Source: Candidatus Hydrogenedentota bacterium (GTDB lineage: Bacteria; Hydrogenedentota; Hydrogenedentia; Hydrogenedentales; SLHB01). Taken from it: a stretch of DNA of 64,000 bases. Shown in pieces: positions 31,612-41,843 of the stretch. The translations under genes were made by a program, and so were the position numbers. The stretch covers positions 72,612 through 136,611 of the forward strand of contig BTVY01000013.1 in the NCBI GenBank assembly GCA_045863335.1, in the 5' to 3' direction. Under the pieces are notes generated by a model. That model saw only the letters and a list, made by a program, of their open reading frames with translations. It was not told the origin of the DNA and did not search any database. How positions within the stretch are numbered: position 1 is the first letter of the stretch; each line of letters starts with the position of its first letter.

Positions 31612-34600
31612 ATGACAGAACAGGCGTTGGCGCGGGCGTGGTTCGAACAGCGAAATGCGGACGCGTTTCGCGGAATCTGCGAAGAGCATTCGGGCATGGT
31701 CTATGCCACGGCACTGCGGATGCTGCGCAATGCGGCGGACGCGGAAGACATTACGCAGGAATGCTTTCTACGCCTGGCGCGCACGTCCACGGGTCTCCAC
31801 GGATCGCTCGGGGCGTGGCTGCACCGCGTCGCAGTAAACCTGTCCATCGATCACATGCGGCGCAATGCCGCGCGAAACGCCCGAGAAACGACTTTCGTCG
31901 AGCGGACTCCCACTACGACCGAGGTGACCTGGAACGATCTGCGGGAGCACGTGGACGCGGCCATCAACGAATTGCCCGACCAAGCCCGCGACACGATCAT
32001 CGCCCACTTCATCCAGGGTGTCCCGCAGCACGTCATTGCCGACGCGGAAGGCGTCACGCGATCGGCCATCTCGCAGCGCATCAACCGCGCCTTGCAGTCG
32101 ATCCGGGCTACCCTCGAGAAACGCGGTGTCACGGTATCCCTGACTGCGCTCACGGGCTTGCTGACGGCACACCTGGCCGAGGCCGTCGCTGTTCCGGCGG
32201 GCCTGACAGCAAGTCTGGGGAACCTCGCGGTATATGCAGGCGCGGCGCACGCGGGGGCGGGGATGCTCTCAGGCATTCTGACGGCGAAAGGTATCTTGGC
32301 GGCCCTTCTTGTTCTGCTCACGATAGGAGGCGCTGGTATCGTCACTTACCGCTCATCGGTGACAGAATCCGAGGAACTTGACGCGATCCCGATTCAAGAT
32401 CGTGCTGACGGAGATACCAGCCGTCCGCCAGACGCTGCCCCCATTACTGCGGCAGACACTGCCACGCGCCAGAGCGCCACACCAGCGGTGGAATCTGCTG
32501 CAGACACGCCCACCGCCTACGCCGGAGCAATCGTCGAAGGCTTCGTACGCGAACCAGACTCGGGTCAGCCGTTGCCCGGCGTCTATCTCGTGTGCCAGTC
32601 CGACGACGGCGCGAACCGTTTCCGGTTCGACGACGACGACCGCGTGTACACCGATGCAGAGGGCCGTTACCGCATATCCGGTTTGGCGCCAGGCCGGTAC
32701 AAGCTCCTGTGTGGGAGCACTTGGGAAACACGCGACCCCGGCGACCCACAGGACTACGAAGTGCAATTGCGATTCGTCAGGAACGAATCGATTCACCGGT
32801 TCGAGGTTACTGGCGCTGACGCACAGGCGGGGCCCGACTTCGATGCCATCGTCGGTGAGACCGTTTCCGGATTTGTCGTAGATGACGGAAAACCCGTGGC
32901 CGATGCTGATGTGATGGTTCACGGTTCGGGAACCTTCGTCAACGTGCGAACCGCCGCAAACGGCTGGTTCAAAGCGGGCGGGTTCCCCGTGACGGACGAA
33001 GTGCGGGCGATCGCGGAGAAGGGTCGCACCCGGCCCGGCATTCGCGTCGAGGCGATCGGCGAACAAGAAGCGCTATCTCCCGAGACGCAGACCCGGGTCA
33101 GCAGCATTGCCGGACCTGTAACCGTTACGGAAGATGGACTGAAGAACATCCGGCTGGAACTTCATCCCGGCGCCAGCGTAACGGGAGTCCTCACCGACGA
33201 TACCGGGAAGCCCCTAGTCGACGTCAATGTTATGGCCCGTTCGAACGCGAAGCAGTACTTCGGGTCCCGGTTTGCCAAGACCGGGGCGCAAGGCGACTTT
33301 GTCCTTTCAGGAATGGCTGAGGGCGAATACGATCTCGCCTGGAATCCACGCAATCCCGGCGAAGACGAACACATGTACGGATGGACGCCCCACGAGGCAC
33401 TCGTCCTGAAACGTATCGAGGTGACCTGGGATCAGCATCTGCGCGGCGTTCAACTTCGCGCCAGCGCGCCCGATTCCCAACTCGGCGCTGAAACGGGTTG
33501 GACCCTCGCCGGACGCGTCCGCGACACGCGCGGAAACGCTGTCGAGGGCGCCGTCGTGCGGGCCTGGGAAATGGGCCATAGCGGAACTGCGCCTCAAACC
33601 AAATCGGATTCCGATGGCCGTTTTGAACTCGGAGACGTCAACGCGGGACCGCTTACCATGCTCCGCGTCGAGCACCCAGACTTTTCCACGTACATGGAGT
33701 CGCTGCCGGAACCCGTGGAGCGGTCCATGGACATCGTGCTCGAAGACCGGGGGACCGTCTCCGGTCAGGTGCGGTACGCCGATACGGGGATGCCCGTTAC
33801 TGCCTTCTCCGTCCGCATGCAAAAAGGCAATAACCAACCGGTATTTGTGGAGAATGAGGAAGGCCGGTTCCGTATCGAAGGCGCCGACGCGGGGGAAAAC
33901 GAAGTCCTCATTTCGGCGGAGGGGTACAAGGAAACCGGCACGCCGGTCACCGTGCTTCCTGGCCGCGAAGTCGCCGGAATCGACGCGCGGCTCGAACGCG
34001 GCCTGGCTGTCGAGGGTAGTGTGGTCGATGAGCGCGGCGCGCCCGTGGAAGGCGCGTTTCTCTTCGCCAAGCGGGTACCCAAGATAGCCGCCGAACGGGA
34101 GACACAACTCCTTGCGAAGACGGATGTCGACGGCCAGTTTCGCGTCGAATCATTGAAAGACGACTACGGCGTGCTCTCGGCCTGGCACGCGGACTTCGGC
34201 ATGGGAGCCGCACGTTATGATACTTCCGCGTCTGGCGTCGAAATCGTCCTCCGGAACAATTTAGGCACGGTTTCAGGCCAAGTTCTGCTTGACGGACTAC
34301 CCGCCGTTGGTGCGGAGGTCAATCTCATGGCCACCAGTTTGTTGTCGCCGGAAGCCGCGGCATTCGGTACGCCGAACCAGTTTATCAAGGAGGACGGTTC
34401 ATTTCGATTCGAGGACGTGCCGGAAGGTGAGTACAACGTATCGGCAACCATGGGTCATAGGAACGCCATCATGCCCATGGGCGAAAAAAACTTGAGCCGC
34501 GCGATTCTCGTCCAACCCGGCGCGGAAACCGAAGTGCTGCTCGAATTTCCCGTCGCGGACGCATCCGTCGCGGGCCGCGTGCTGTTTCAGGGGAAGCCTG

Positions 34601-35142
34601 TCCCGCAGGGCTTCGTGGTATTGACCGTGGAATCTCCGGAAGGCAAACAAACGCATATGGCCCAGTTGGACCCGGATGGTGCGTATGTCATTGCGCCTAT
34701 TGCCGCCGGCCACGCCACCCTGCGATCCTCGGCCGCTACCGCGACTCCATTCGCGGGGATCGCGCGGAAACTGGAATTCGAGATCGCACCCGGCGACGCG
34801 CTGATCCGCAATGTTGAGTTCAACGGGCAAGGCACGATTGGAGGGACCCTAAGCGGGGCGCCCGCCGAGCGTCAAATCCCGCTGATGTTGGTTCCGGCAT
34901 CCGTTGATCTCAGCGAGCCTACCCTGGAAACCGTCGTAGTCGTTTCCCAAGAGGCCGTGGCAAACGCGATGACGACGGGGTCGGGACCATTTGAATTCAC
35001 TGCCATACCGCCAGGCGACTACGCCGTACTGGCGTGGCTGTCGCACCCTTCCGGGAAATTTGACGGGTATGCCACCGCCTTCTGCACCGTGCCCGAAGAC
35101 GGCACACCACAGACCGTGACGTTACACTTCCAGGCGCCGTAG
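31612..35142 (+). CDS. ECF sigma-70 factor fused to a TM region and multiple carboxypeptidase-regulatory-like beta-sandwich repeats
   Basis: Region 2 DAEDITQECF..WLHRVAVNLSID; region 4 IADAEGVTRSAISQRINRA; TM about aa 225-245; repeated G.V.D..G.P/T...G.F motifs. Confidence 0.88.
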   Translation: MTEQALARAWFEQRNADAFRGICEEHSGMVYATALRMLRNAADAEDITQECFLRLARTSTGLHGSLGAWLHRVAVNLSIDHMRRNAARNARETTFVERTPTTTEVTWNDLREHVDAAINELPDQARDTIIAHFIQGVPQHVIADAEGVTRSAISQRINRALQSIRATLEKRGVTVSLTALTGLLTAHLAEAVAVPAGLTASLGNLAVYAGAAHAGAGMLSGILTAKGILAALLVLLTIGGAGIVTYRSSVTESEELDAIPIQDRADGDTSRPPDAAPITAADTATRQSATPAVESAADTPTAYAGAIVEGFVREPDSGQPLPGVYLVCQSDDGANRFRFDDDDRVYTDAEGRYRISGLAPGRYKLLCGSTWETRDPGDPQDYEVQLRFVRNESIHRFEVTGADAQAGPDFDAIVGETVSGFVVDDGKPVADADVMVHGSGTFVNVRTAANGWFKAGGFPVTDEVRAIAEKGRTRPGIRVEAIGEQEALSPETQTRVSSIAGPVTVTEDGLKNIRLELHPGASVTGVLTDDTGKPLVDVNVMARSNAKQYFGSRFAKTGAQGDFVLSGMAEGEYDLAWNPRNPGEDEHMYGWTPHEALVLKRIEVTWDQHLRGVQLRASAPDSQLGAETGWTLAGRVRDTRGNAVEGAVVRAWEMGHSGTAPQTKSDSDGRFELGDVNAGPLTMLRVEHPDFSTYMESLPEPVERSMDIVLEDRGTVSGQVRYADTGMPVTAFSVRMQKGNNQPVFVENEEGRFRIEGADAGENEVLISAEGYKETGTPVTVLPGREVAGIDARLERGLAVEGSVVDERGAPVEGAFLFAKRVPKIAAERETQLLAKTDVDGQFRVESLKDDYGVLSAWHADFGMGAARYDTSASGVEIVLRNNLGTVSGQVLLDGLPAVGAEVNLMATSLLSPEAAAFGTPNQFIKEDGSFRFEDVPEGEYNVSATMGHRNAIMPMGEKNLSRAILVQPGAETEVLLEFPVADASVAGRVLFQGKPVPQGFVVLTVESPEGKQTHMAQLDPDGAYVIAPIAAGHATLRSSAATATPFAGIARKLEFEIAPGDALIRNVEFNGQGTIGGTLSGAPAERQIPLMLVPASVDLSEPTLETVVVVSQEAVANAMTTGSGPFEFTAIPPGDYAVLAWLSHPSGKFDGYATAFCTVPEDGTPQTVTLHFQAP

Positions 35143-35148
35143 ATTGGT

Positions 35149-36030
35149 CTAGTCCCGGTCGCCGCTTTGATCGTCACCACCGGGTCCGCGGCCGCGATCG
35201 CCCCAGCCCCACATGGGCGGGCCGCCGCCGCCTCCCGGCATGCGGAAGAAGGGGTCTTCCATGGTCTCCCGGACTGCGTTGACGAGGGCTTGCTGCTCCT
35301 GTGGATTGGAGACGCCGTTCTCCTTCAGGGCTTCGCCGATGAGATAGTCCTGCTGATCCCGCACAAGCGACCGGGTCTCTTCAAACGTGATAGACAAATC
35401 CTGGCGGATTTGATCCCGCTCCTCGTCCGACTCGGCGTCGCGCATCTCGCGGAACAGGTCCATGGTGTAGTTCGTATACTCGCTGATCGCGGCGATCCGC
35501 TGCTGTGCCGCGGGGTCGTTCGTTTTCTGCATGGCGTCGTTGAAGAATCCGTCCATGCGGCTGCGAAATTCGCGGGACCGCTCCTCCCGTTCCTGCTGCC
35601 ACTGTTCGCGCCGTGCCTGCCACTCGGCGTACTCCGGCGTACCCTCCTTCGGCGGTTCCCGGTCGCCCCAGCCGCGGCCGCGATCCCGGTCTTCAGACTG
35701 CAGTGCGGCCGAAAGGGCATCGGTCGCTTCCTCCAGGTTGAACGCCGGGTCTCCGGTTTCTTCCGTGGGGGCGAGGGTCGCATCCGCAGCCGGTTCCGGG
35801 CGCGCGCGAAGCCGCTCGACTTCCTCGCGAAGCCGCGCGATTTCCCGCTCGAGGTCAATCGCTTCGGCATTGGATTTACGCAGTTCCGACGCTTTGGCCA
35901 AGGCTTGGTCGCGCTCGGCGGAGAGTTGTTCAAGCTGCGGGTTGAACCGCGCCTGCACGGTGTACATTCCGCACGCCACACCGATGGCGAGCGCGATGAT
36001 GGCAGCAATCGCAATTTTGGCACCTGTCAT
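35149..36030 (-). CDS. Membrane-anchored coiled-coil hypothetical protein
   Basis: N-terminal TM AIAAIIALAIGVACG, charged helical body, Gly-rich tail; GGAGG RBS. Confidence 0.7.
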   Translation of the reverse strand: MTGAKIAIAAIIALAIGVACGMYTVQARFNPQLEQLSAERDQALAKASELRKSNAEAIDLEREIARLREEVERLRARPEPAADATLAPTEETGDPAFNLEEATDALSAALQSEDRDRGRGWGDREPPKEGTPEYAEWQARREQWQQEREERSREFRSRMDGFFNDAMQKTNDPAAQQRIAAISEYTNYTMDLFREMRDAESDEERDQIRQDLSITFEETRSLVRDQQDYLIGEALKENGVSNPQEQQALVNAVRETMEDPFFRMPGGGGGPPMWGWGDRGRGPGGDDQSGDRD

Positions 36031-36105
36031 GGGACGCACCTCCAGCAGGTTAAACACCCCTGCGCTGTACCGGGTTCCCCGGGAAATCGCTCGGACGGGT
36101 GCCGC

Positions 36106-36597
36106 CTACCGCCTGAGCCAGGCTGGGTACGCGACAAAGCAGTACGCGCCCGCTAGAACGACACAGCACCCTGCGATGAGGATCAGGCTCAGCCGGTCGT
36201 CGTGACCGCGCGTGTGGAGACGGCTCCGGGCATGATTGGAGGGGTCGTAGAAGACGGTCAACGGGCGGCCTTTTTGCGTGATCTTTTCGAGTTCGTCCGG
36301 GGGAAGCGCGTTCGGGCTGCCCACATCCGGCCAGAGACCAACGAATTCGCCTTTGTAGCTCGTGCTCCCGATCAAGTACTCGTAGTTGACCGTGACTTTT
36401 TGCTTGTAGTCCTGGGCGTTGTAATGGGTGCGGGTGATTTCGCCGGAGAGAATCCAGCCCCCGGCCGCGGGCCATTCCGGCTGGTTAAGGCTGAACCAGA
36501 CCAGCGTCAGCGGCGTCACAGCCATGATCAATGCGCAGACCAAGAGGAATTCCGGCAAGCCCGCCTTGCGGCGTCTGGTTTGCAGGTACGTTGCCAT
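36106..36597 (-). CDS. DUF3592-like two-TM membrane protein
   Basis: TM-W....G.I...V.YEY...V.YDPSN..S.L-TM pattern. Confidence 0.7.
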   Translation of the reverse strand: MATYLQTRRRKAGLPEFLLVCALIMAVTPLTLVWFSLNQPEWPAAGGWILSGEITRTHYNAQDYKQKVTVNYEYLIGSTSYKGEFVGLWPDVGSPNALPPDELEKITQKGRPLTVFYDPSNHARSRLHTRGHDDRLSLILIAGCCVVLAGAYCFVAYPAWLRR

Positions 36598-36682
36598 GCG
36601 ATTCCAACTCCCCGGCCCGTCGCTATTGTGCTGTCATGGCGGGAAAGCTGTCAAGTGGCAGGGGAAGGATGAGGCTACGAAG

Positions 36683-36890
36683 AATAGGACGTATAGGACC
36701 TATGCGACCAATAGGACGAAGCCATTTGACGCGGACGGAGTTTGGCAGTGGGTATGCCGCGATATCAGACTTTCCGCAGCGCTGCTATGCTTCCATGCTC
36801 CGGCTTGTGCCAGCCAATTACCGAGGGCATCGCTCCATTAGCGCACCCAATCTTTCGTCCTATAGGTCCCATGGGTCCTATACGTCCGAT
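36683..36890. repeat. Inverted pair of 9-bp-period arrays (family of 16738-16857)
   Basis: AATAGGACGTATAGGACCTATGCGACCAATAGGAC ... GTCCTATAGGTCCCATGGGTCCTATACGTCC. Confidence 0.8.
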
Positions 36891-36906
36891 TTCTTGGCCG
36901 CCCACC

Positions 36907-38439
36907 CTACCCGAAGTACTCCTGCAACAACCCCAAGTCCAACTCCGGGTACACCGGGAACCGGTCCAGCAGCGCCTTTACGCGGGCCTTGCCTTCGGCG
37001 TGGGCCTTCTCGTCGAGGACGTAATTGATCTTGCTGGGCTGGCCGGCGTTCTTGCCGGAATCGACGACGCCCGCCTTGGTATTGCCGAGGGCGAGCTTGA
37101 TGATGGCGGCGATCTCTTTCATTTCTTCGACGCCCATGCCCAGGGTGGTCACCGCGGCCGTGCCGAGGCGCATGCCGCTCGTGATCATGGGCGAATTCTG
37201 GTCGAAGGGGATGGCGTTTTTATTCAGCGTGATGCCGCAATCCCGCAAGGCGCTGGCGCCCTGGCGTCCGGTGAGGCCGAAGGACGTGACGTCGATCAGC
37301 ATGAGGTGGTTGTCGGTGCCGCCGGAAACGACGTTCATGCCCTCGTCCACGCAGGCCTGCGCGAGGGCCTGGCAGTTCGTGACGATCCGTTTCGCGTAGT
37401 CCTTGAACTCGGGCCGGTTCGCCTCGGTGAAGGCAATCGCCTTTGCTGCCATGACGTGCGGCAAGGGTCCGCCCAGGACCATGGGGCAGCCCTTGTCCAT
37501 GTACTGGCCGAATTCCTTCGTGGACAGCACGACGCCGCCGCGGGGGCCGCGCAAGGTCTTGTGCGTCGTTGACGTGACCACGTGCGCGTGGGGGAAGGGG
37601 CTGAAGTCGCCCGTAAACACGCCGCCCGCCACCAGCCCCGCAAAGTGGGCCATATCGACCATGAGCACCGCGCCGACTTTGTCCGCGATGGCGCGCATCC
37701 GTTTGAAGTTGATGGCGCGCGGATACGCGCTGTATCCCGCGAGGAGAATCAACGGCTTCACGTCCATCGCCTGCTTCTCGATGGCGTCGTAATCGAGGAG
37801 GAAATCCTTCTCGCTTACGCCGTAGGCGTGGGCCTCGAACATCTTCCCGGACACGTTGTGGCGGTACCCGTGCGTGAGGTGTCCGCCCGCGGCGAGGTTC
37901 AGACCCAGCATCCGCTGATTGCCCAGCTTCTGGCGCAGCGTTTCCCAGTCCTCGTGCGACAACGCGCCGGGGTCCTTCACGCCGAGTTCATCCAGGGCCG
38001 GCACCGCCACGCGAGCCTGGAGGATGCCCCAGAAGGCGACCATGTTGGCGTCCGCGCCGCTGTGGGGTTGCACGTAGGCGTGCTCGCAGCCGAAGAGTTT
38101 GCAGGCCTGTTCGCAGGCGTAGGCTTCGATTTCGTCCACATTGTCGCAGCCTTCGTAGAAGCGCGAGTGGGGAAAGCCTTCCGCGTATTTGTCCGTGAGC
38201 AGGTTCCCCATGGCGAGCTGCGTGGCGAGGGAACAGTAGTTCTCGCTGGCGATGAGCTTGAGGTAGCTTCGTTGATCGGCCAACTCCTGCACGATCTCCT
38301 TCGCCACCAGCGGCGCCACCGACGCCACGGTGCTCAGATTCGCCAAGTACCCCAGAAACCCCGGGTTAATCTGGTCCGGGTCCGTCTTGGCCAGATACGC
38401 CGCCACCGCGCCACTCGATTGGGAAGCCGTCACTGCCAC
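36907..38439 (-). CDS. glyA: Serine hydroxymethyltransferase (long form)
   Basis: LIASEN, KYAEG, QPHSGA, GGHLTHG and TTHKTLRGPRGG (PLP Lys) motifs. Confidence 0.96.
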   Translation of the reverse strand: MAVTASQSSGAVAAYLAKTDPDQINPGFLGYLANLSTVASVAPLVAKEIVQELADQRSYLKLIASENYCSLATQLAMGNLLTDKYAEGFPHSRFYEGCDNVDEIEAYACEQACKLFGCEHAYVQPHSGADANMVAFWGILQARVAVPALDELGVKDPGALSHEDWETLRQKLGNQRMLGLNLAAGGHLTHGYRHNVSGKMFEAHAYGVSEKDFLLDYDAIEKQAMDVKPLILLAGYSAYPRAINFKRMRAIADKVGAVLMVDMAHFAGLVAGGVFTGDFSPFPHAHVVTSTTHKTLRGPRGGVVLSTKEFGQYMDKGCPMVLGGPLPHVMAAKAIAFTEANRPEFKDYAKRIVTNCQALAQACVDEGMNVVSGGTDNHLMLIDVTSFGLTGRQGASALRDCGITLNKNAIPFDQNSPMITSGMRLGTAAVTTLGMGVEEMKEIAAIIKLALGNTKAGVVDSGKNAGQPSKINYVLDEKAHAEGKARVKALLDRFPVYPELDLGLLQEYFG

Positions 38440-38794
38440 GATATGTTCTCCTTGCCCAAAAATTGGGGACTGGCTCGAATTACGCGAATGATCCAGCCGC
38501 CCTGATGTTCACCAAATACTGCGGAGCAATTCGTGCCTGTCCCCGTTTTTGGGCTTCTTCGGCACGAATCAGCCGGACCGAAAAGGCCCGGAAATGACAC
38601 CTGCTCCAATGGTATCGCGGCTTGCGGTTTGATTCAATGACGCGCTGGTTGAGCTGACTCCACACGCCTCCCTTCCCAGCTTCGGTTTGAACCGTCTCGC
38701 GCGCGGATGGCACAATACCGGGAGCCGCAAGCGCATCCTGCGCGGCAGCGTCGCAGAGACCTTCCACGTGCATCCGGAAAGCGAGGATTTTTTG

Positions 38795-39382
38795 ATGGAA
38801 TGCCCCGAAAGAAATGACGAGGAGCAGAAGAAAAACGACGGCATGACGAGCCATCTGCTCAAGACGCGCACCATCGTGCTGTCCGGTCAAGTGGACCAGG
38901 AAATGGCCGAACGGGTCATCTCGCAACTGGTGGTGCTGGACAACGAAAACCACGATCCGATTCGCGTGATGATCACGTCGCAGGGCGGGCACGTGGACTC
39001 CGGCATGGCCATCCACGACGTCATGCGCTACGTCAACTCGCCGGTGTATACCATCGGCGCGGGCTGGGTGGCGAGCATCGGCGTGCCCATCCTGTTCGGC
39101 GCGCCGGACAAGGCCCATCGCGTGGCCCTGCCGAACACGCGCTTCCTCCTGCACCAGCCGAGCGGCGGGGCGGGCGGCCACCTGCAGGACATCCGCATCG
39201 AAGCCCAGGAAATCATGCGTATCCGCCAGCGGTTGAACGAACTCATCGCCAAGGAGACCGGACAGGACGTGGCGAAAGTCGCCAAGGACAGCGACCGCAA
39301 CTACTGGATGGACGCCGAAGAAGCCGTGAAGTACGGGATCATCTCGCGGGTCGTGCAACACGCGAAGGATGTGGTGAAGTAA
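38795..39382 (+). CDS. clpP: ATP-dependent Clp protease proteolytic subunit (ClpP2-like paralog)
   Basis: ITSQGG, VASIG (Ser), LHQPSGG (His), DRNYWM and EAVKYG motifs. Confidence 0.9.
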   Translation: MECPERNDEEQKKNDGMTSHLLKTRTIVLSGQVDQEMAERVISQLVVLDNENHDPIRVMITSQGGHVDSGMAIHDVMRYVNSPVYTIGAGWVASIGVPILFGAPDKAHRVALPNTRFLLHQPSGGAGGHLQDIRIEAQEIMRIRQRLNELIAKETGQDVAKVAKDSDRNYWMDAEEAVKYGIISRVVQHAKDVVK

Positions 39383-39408
39383 GGAAATAAGCCGGGTTTT
39401 GTGCCCGT

Positions 39409-39469
39409 ATGTAGCGCAGGCGTCCCCGCCTGCAAGGACTTGAAGCAGGCGGGGACGCCTGCGCTACAT
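39409..39469. repeat. Perfect inverted GTAG-REP doublet between convergent genes
   Basis: ATGTAGCGCAGGCGTCCCCGCCTGC-11 nt-GCAGGCGGGGACGCCTGCGCTACAT. Confidence 0.9.
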
Positions 39470-39473
39470 CTCT

Positions 39474-40775
39474 TTACCCCACGCCCAGTTCGGCGGCGAG
39501 GTCGAGAATGGTAAACCGGCTGCGGATGTACCGCGCGTATTTCACCGCGTTGCGGTACTCTTCGAGGGGCGCTTCCATGTCCTCCGGGGCAGTCGGGCCG
39601 CCGGATTGCCGGATGGCTTCTTCGACGACGCTCGAGGGCAACAAGTCATGCCGCACTGCTTCCGCGATCTCCGGCAGTTTGTCGCGGAACACCATGATCT
39701 CGGCGCGCATGAGGTCCGGCGGGAGCGACTTCTGTTTCCACTGGGCCAGCACTTCTTCCGCGACGGCCTCCCCCCAATCGGCCAGGGCCCATTCCTGAAC
39801 CTGCTGGTCTGTCGGCTGAAGGGCCACAAGGGCGTCGGGATCAATCTTCGTCGGATCGAGGGCGAGCACGTTCTCCCACAGGCGGAGACAATGCACCGTG
39901 GCCACGCCGACCTGCACGCCGTGCAGATCGTTCGGCGTTCCGTAGAGGGCCTGCTTCATGTCGATGTAATGAGAGATGAGATGTTCCCCACCGGAGGCCG
40001 GCGAGGACGAGCCCGCCACCAGCATGGAGAGGCCAGAGAGCAGCAGCGCTTCCAATGCGATCGCGATGGCTTCCGGATTGCCTTTCCCGACACGTTCTGC
40101 TGAATCGAGCACTTGCGTGAGGATTCCTTCATAGAATCGCAACGCGTTGGCATCGTAATACTCCCCGCGCAGGAAATGGGCGGTCCGCCAGTCCGCGCCC
40201 GCGGAACACTTGGACAGGTAATCGGCCACACCGGCGGCGGCCAGGCGCGGCGGCGCGGCAGCGACCACTTCCGGGTCGGCGAAGACCCCCAGGGCGGGCG
40301 TACACGGCACGGTACGTTTGAGTCCCCGCACCTTGACCGCCGTGATGCCGGAGGTATACCCGTTCATGCTCGCGGCCGTGGCGAAGAGTAGCACGGGGCG
40401 ATCGTTCTTGGTGCCCGCGTGTTTGGCAAGGTCGCACACCGTCCCGGCGCCAATCCCTACGAAGAAATCGGCGTCTGCCCCGGCTTCGGCCACTTCATCG
40501 CCGAGGGCTTCCGTAGCGTCGATATGCCCGCCGGTGAGCACTTTCTCCGTCACGGACTTCCCTGCAGCGGCCAAGGCCTTGAGGACAGGTTCCGCTGCCG
40601 CGGCATGCGTGTGCTCGTCCGAAACCACAAGACAGGACGCGCCGCACCGTTCCCTGGCGAATTCCGCCAATCGTATCGCGGCATCGGCGCCGATATGCGC
40701 CAGTGCGATGGGAAGCCCAGGAGTCTCCGCGAATGCGCGGGCCAGCGCCGTTCCAGTGGGGGCCGTTCGAGACAT
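39474..40775 (-). CDS. sn-glycerol-1-phosphate dehydrogenase, AraM/EgsA-like
   Basis: GAGTVCDLAK, TAASMNGYTS, PASGGEHLISH and LHGVQVG metal-binding motifs. Confidence 0.85.
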   Translation of the reverse strand: MSRTAPTGTALARAFAETPGLPIALAHIGADAAIRLAEFARERCGASCLVVSDEHTHAAAAEPVLKALAAAGKSVTEKVLTGGHIDATEALGDEVAEAGADADFFVGIGAGTVCDLAKHAGTKNDRPVLLFATAASMNGYTSGITAVKVRGLKRTVPCTPALGVFADPEVVAAAPPRLAAAGVADYLSKCSAGADWRTAHFLRGEYYDANALRFYEGILTQVLDSAERVGKGNPEAIAIALEALLLSGLSMLVAGSSSPASGGEHLISHYIDMKQALYGTPNDLHGVQVGVATVHCLRLWENVLALDPTKIDPDALVALQPTDQQVQEWALADWGEAVAEEVLAQWKQKSLPPDLMRAEIMVFRDKLPEIAEAVRHDLLPSSVVEEAIRQSGGPTAPEDMEAPLEEYRNAVKYARYIRSRFTILDLAAELGVG

Positions 40776-40793
40776 GGTTGCGCTCCGCCGCGC

Positions 40794-41240
40794 TCAGCCC
40801 GGGCTTGTGGTCAGGTTGACCGACGTGCCCGCGTCTTCCCGGAACAGGGTAACATTCAGCATCTTGCCGTCCTTCCTGAAGTTCATCATCTTCATGTCCG
40901 GCAGTTCCTGCGCCTGCGCAGGCGTCTCCTCTTTCCATCCCTGTTCTTCGATCGCGACCTTCATCGCGTCCGAAACCGATTCAAGAGCCTCCGGCACCTG
41001 ACCCTGGAGCACGTACGTGCCCTGGTCCGGCAGGGCGCTCACATTGATGACGGTGAGATCGCCGGGAAGGGGAATGTCTGAAGGGAACTCGTCGGGGACG
41101 CGCGCTTCATCGCCGGTGGAGACCTCGACCACCGGTTCTGCGGAGCCCGCGGAATCTTCCGAATTGGACGATCCGCAACCGGGCAGGGAGACAAGGGCCA
41201 TCACCAAGGCGAACATCCAGCGTACATTCCTGGTTTCCAT
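40794..41240 (-). CDS. Hypothetical lipoprotein
   Basis: Lipobox LPGC; VPDEFPSDIPLP..QGWKE pattern. Confidence 0.75.
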   Translation of the reverse strand: METRNVRWMFALVMALVSLPGCGSSNSEDSAGSAEPVVEVSTGDEARVPDEFPSDIPLPGDLTVINVSALPDQGTYVLQGQVPEALESVSDAMKVAIEEQGWKEETPAQAQELPDMKMMNFRKDGKMLNVTLFREDAGTSVNLTTSPG

Positions 41241-41276
41241 CGGATCTCACTCCTGCGGTTTCGCGTCCATCATACA

Positions 41277-41310
41277 GAAAAGCGGACCCTTCACGCGGAA
41301 GAGTCCGCTT
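41277..41310 (-). terminator. Intrinsic terminator after the acidic lipoprotein gene
   Basis: AAGCGGACTCTTC-loop-GAAGGGTCCGCTT followed by TTC on the minus strand. Confidence 0.65.
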
Positions 41311-41336
41311 CAAATCACGAATGCTATGCGGAGCGC

Positions 41337-41843
41337 TTACTGAACAGGTTCCAGGGGCGTCCCATCATAGATGATCTTATCGCCTTCGATGGTGGCCGCG
41401 TAATCTTGGCCCATGGCGCCGACTGTCAGCGTCGTGCCGTCCAGCGACCACGTACCCGGAATCTGATCGTTGACCTTCAAAACGCCATCAGGCTCAAAGG
41501 AAAAGGTCATACCGCCCGCGCTGAACTTCTTGCCCACAATGTTCTCCGCAGTGAGGGCCGCGCCGGCAGCTTCCGTGCCTTCCACGGCCGCTTCGACCGC
41601 CGCCTCAGCCGCGGTTTCGCCGGCCGGGGCTTCCGCGCTCATGTCTTCCGTGCCTGCCGCGGGCGCTTCGCTATCCGGCATCTGGGCCGGTTCTTCTACC
41701 GCGGCGGGTTCGGATGCAGCCGCTGGCTCCGTGGCTTCCGCCGGCTCGGACGTGGTAGTGCCTCCGCCGCTACAGCTCGTCGCCGCGAACGGCAGCGAGA
41801 TCGCCATAAGCAGTGCAATCGCTACAAACAAGTGCTTTTTCAT
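41337..41843 (-). CDS. Acidic Ala/Glu/Pro-rich lipoprotein with small C-terminal beta domain
   Basis: MKKHLF..AATSC lipobox-like; low-complexity linker; GAAGGGG RBS. Confidence 0.75.
   Translation of the reverse strand: MKKHLFVAIALLMAISLPFAATSCSGGGTTTSEPAEATEPAAASEPAAVEEPAQMPDSEAPAAGTEDMSAEAPAGETAAEAAVEAAVEGTEAAGAALTAENIVGKKFSAGGMTFSFEPDGVLKVNDQIPGTWSLDGTTLTVGAMGQDYAATIEGDKIIYDGTPLEPVQ

Noticed and set aside
38440-38790. ZTP or glycine riboswitch upstream of glyA
   Set aside because: I could not find the conserved motifs by eye; an Rfam scan would be needed to exclude them.
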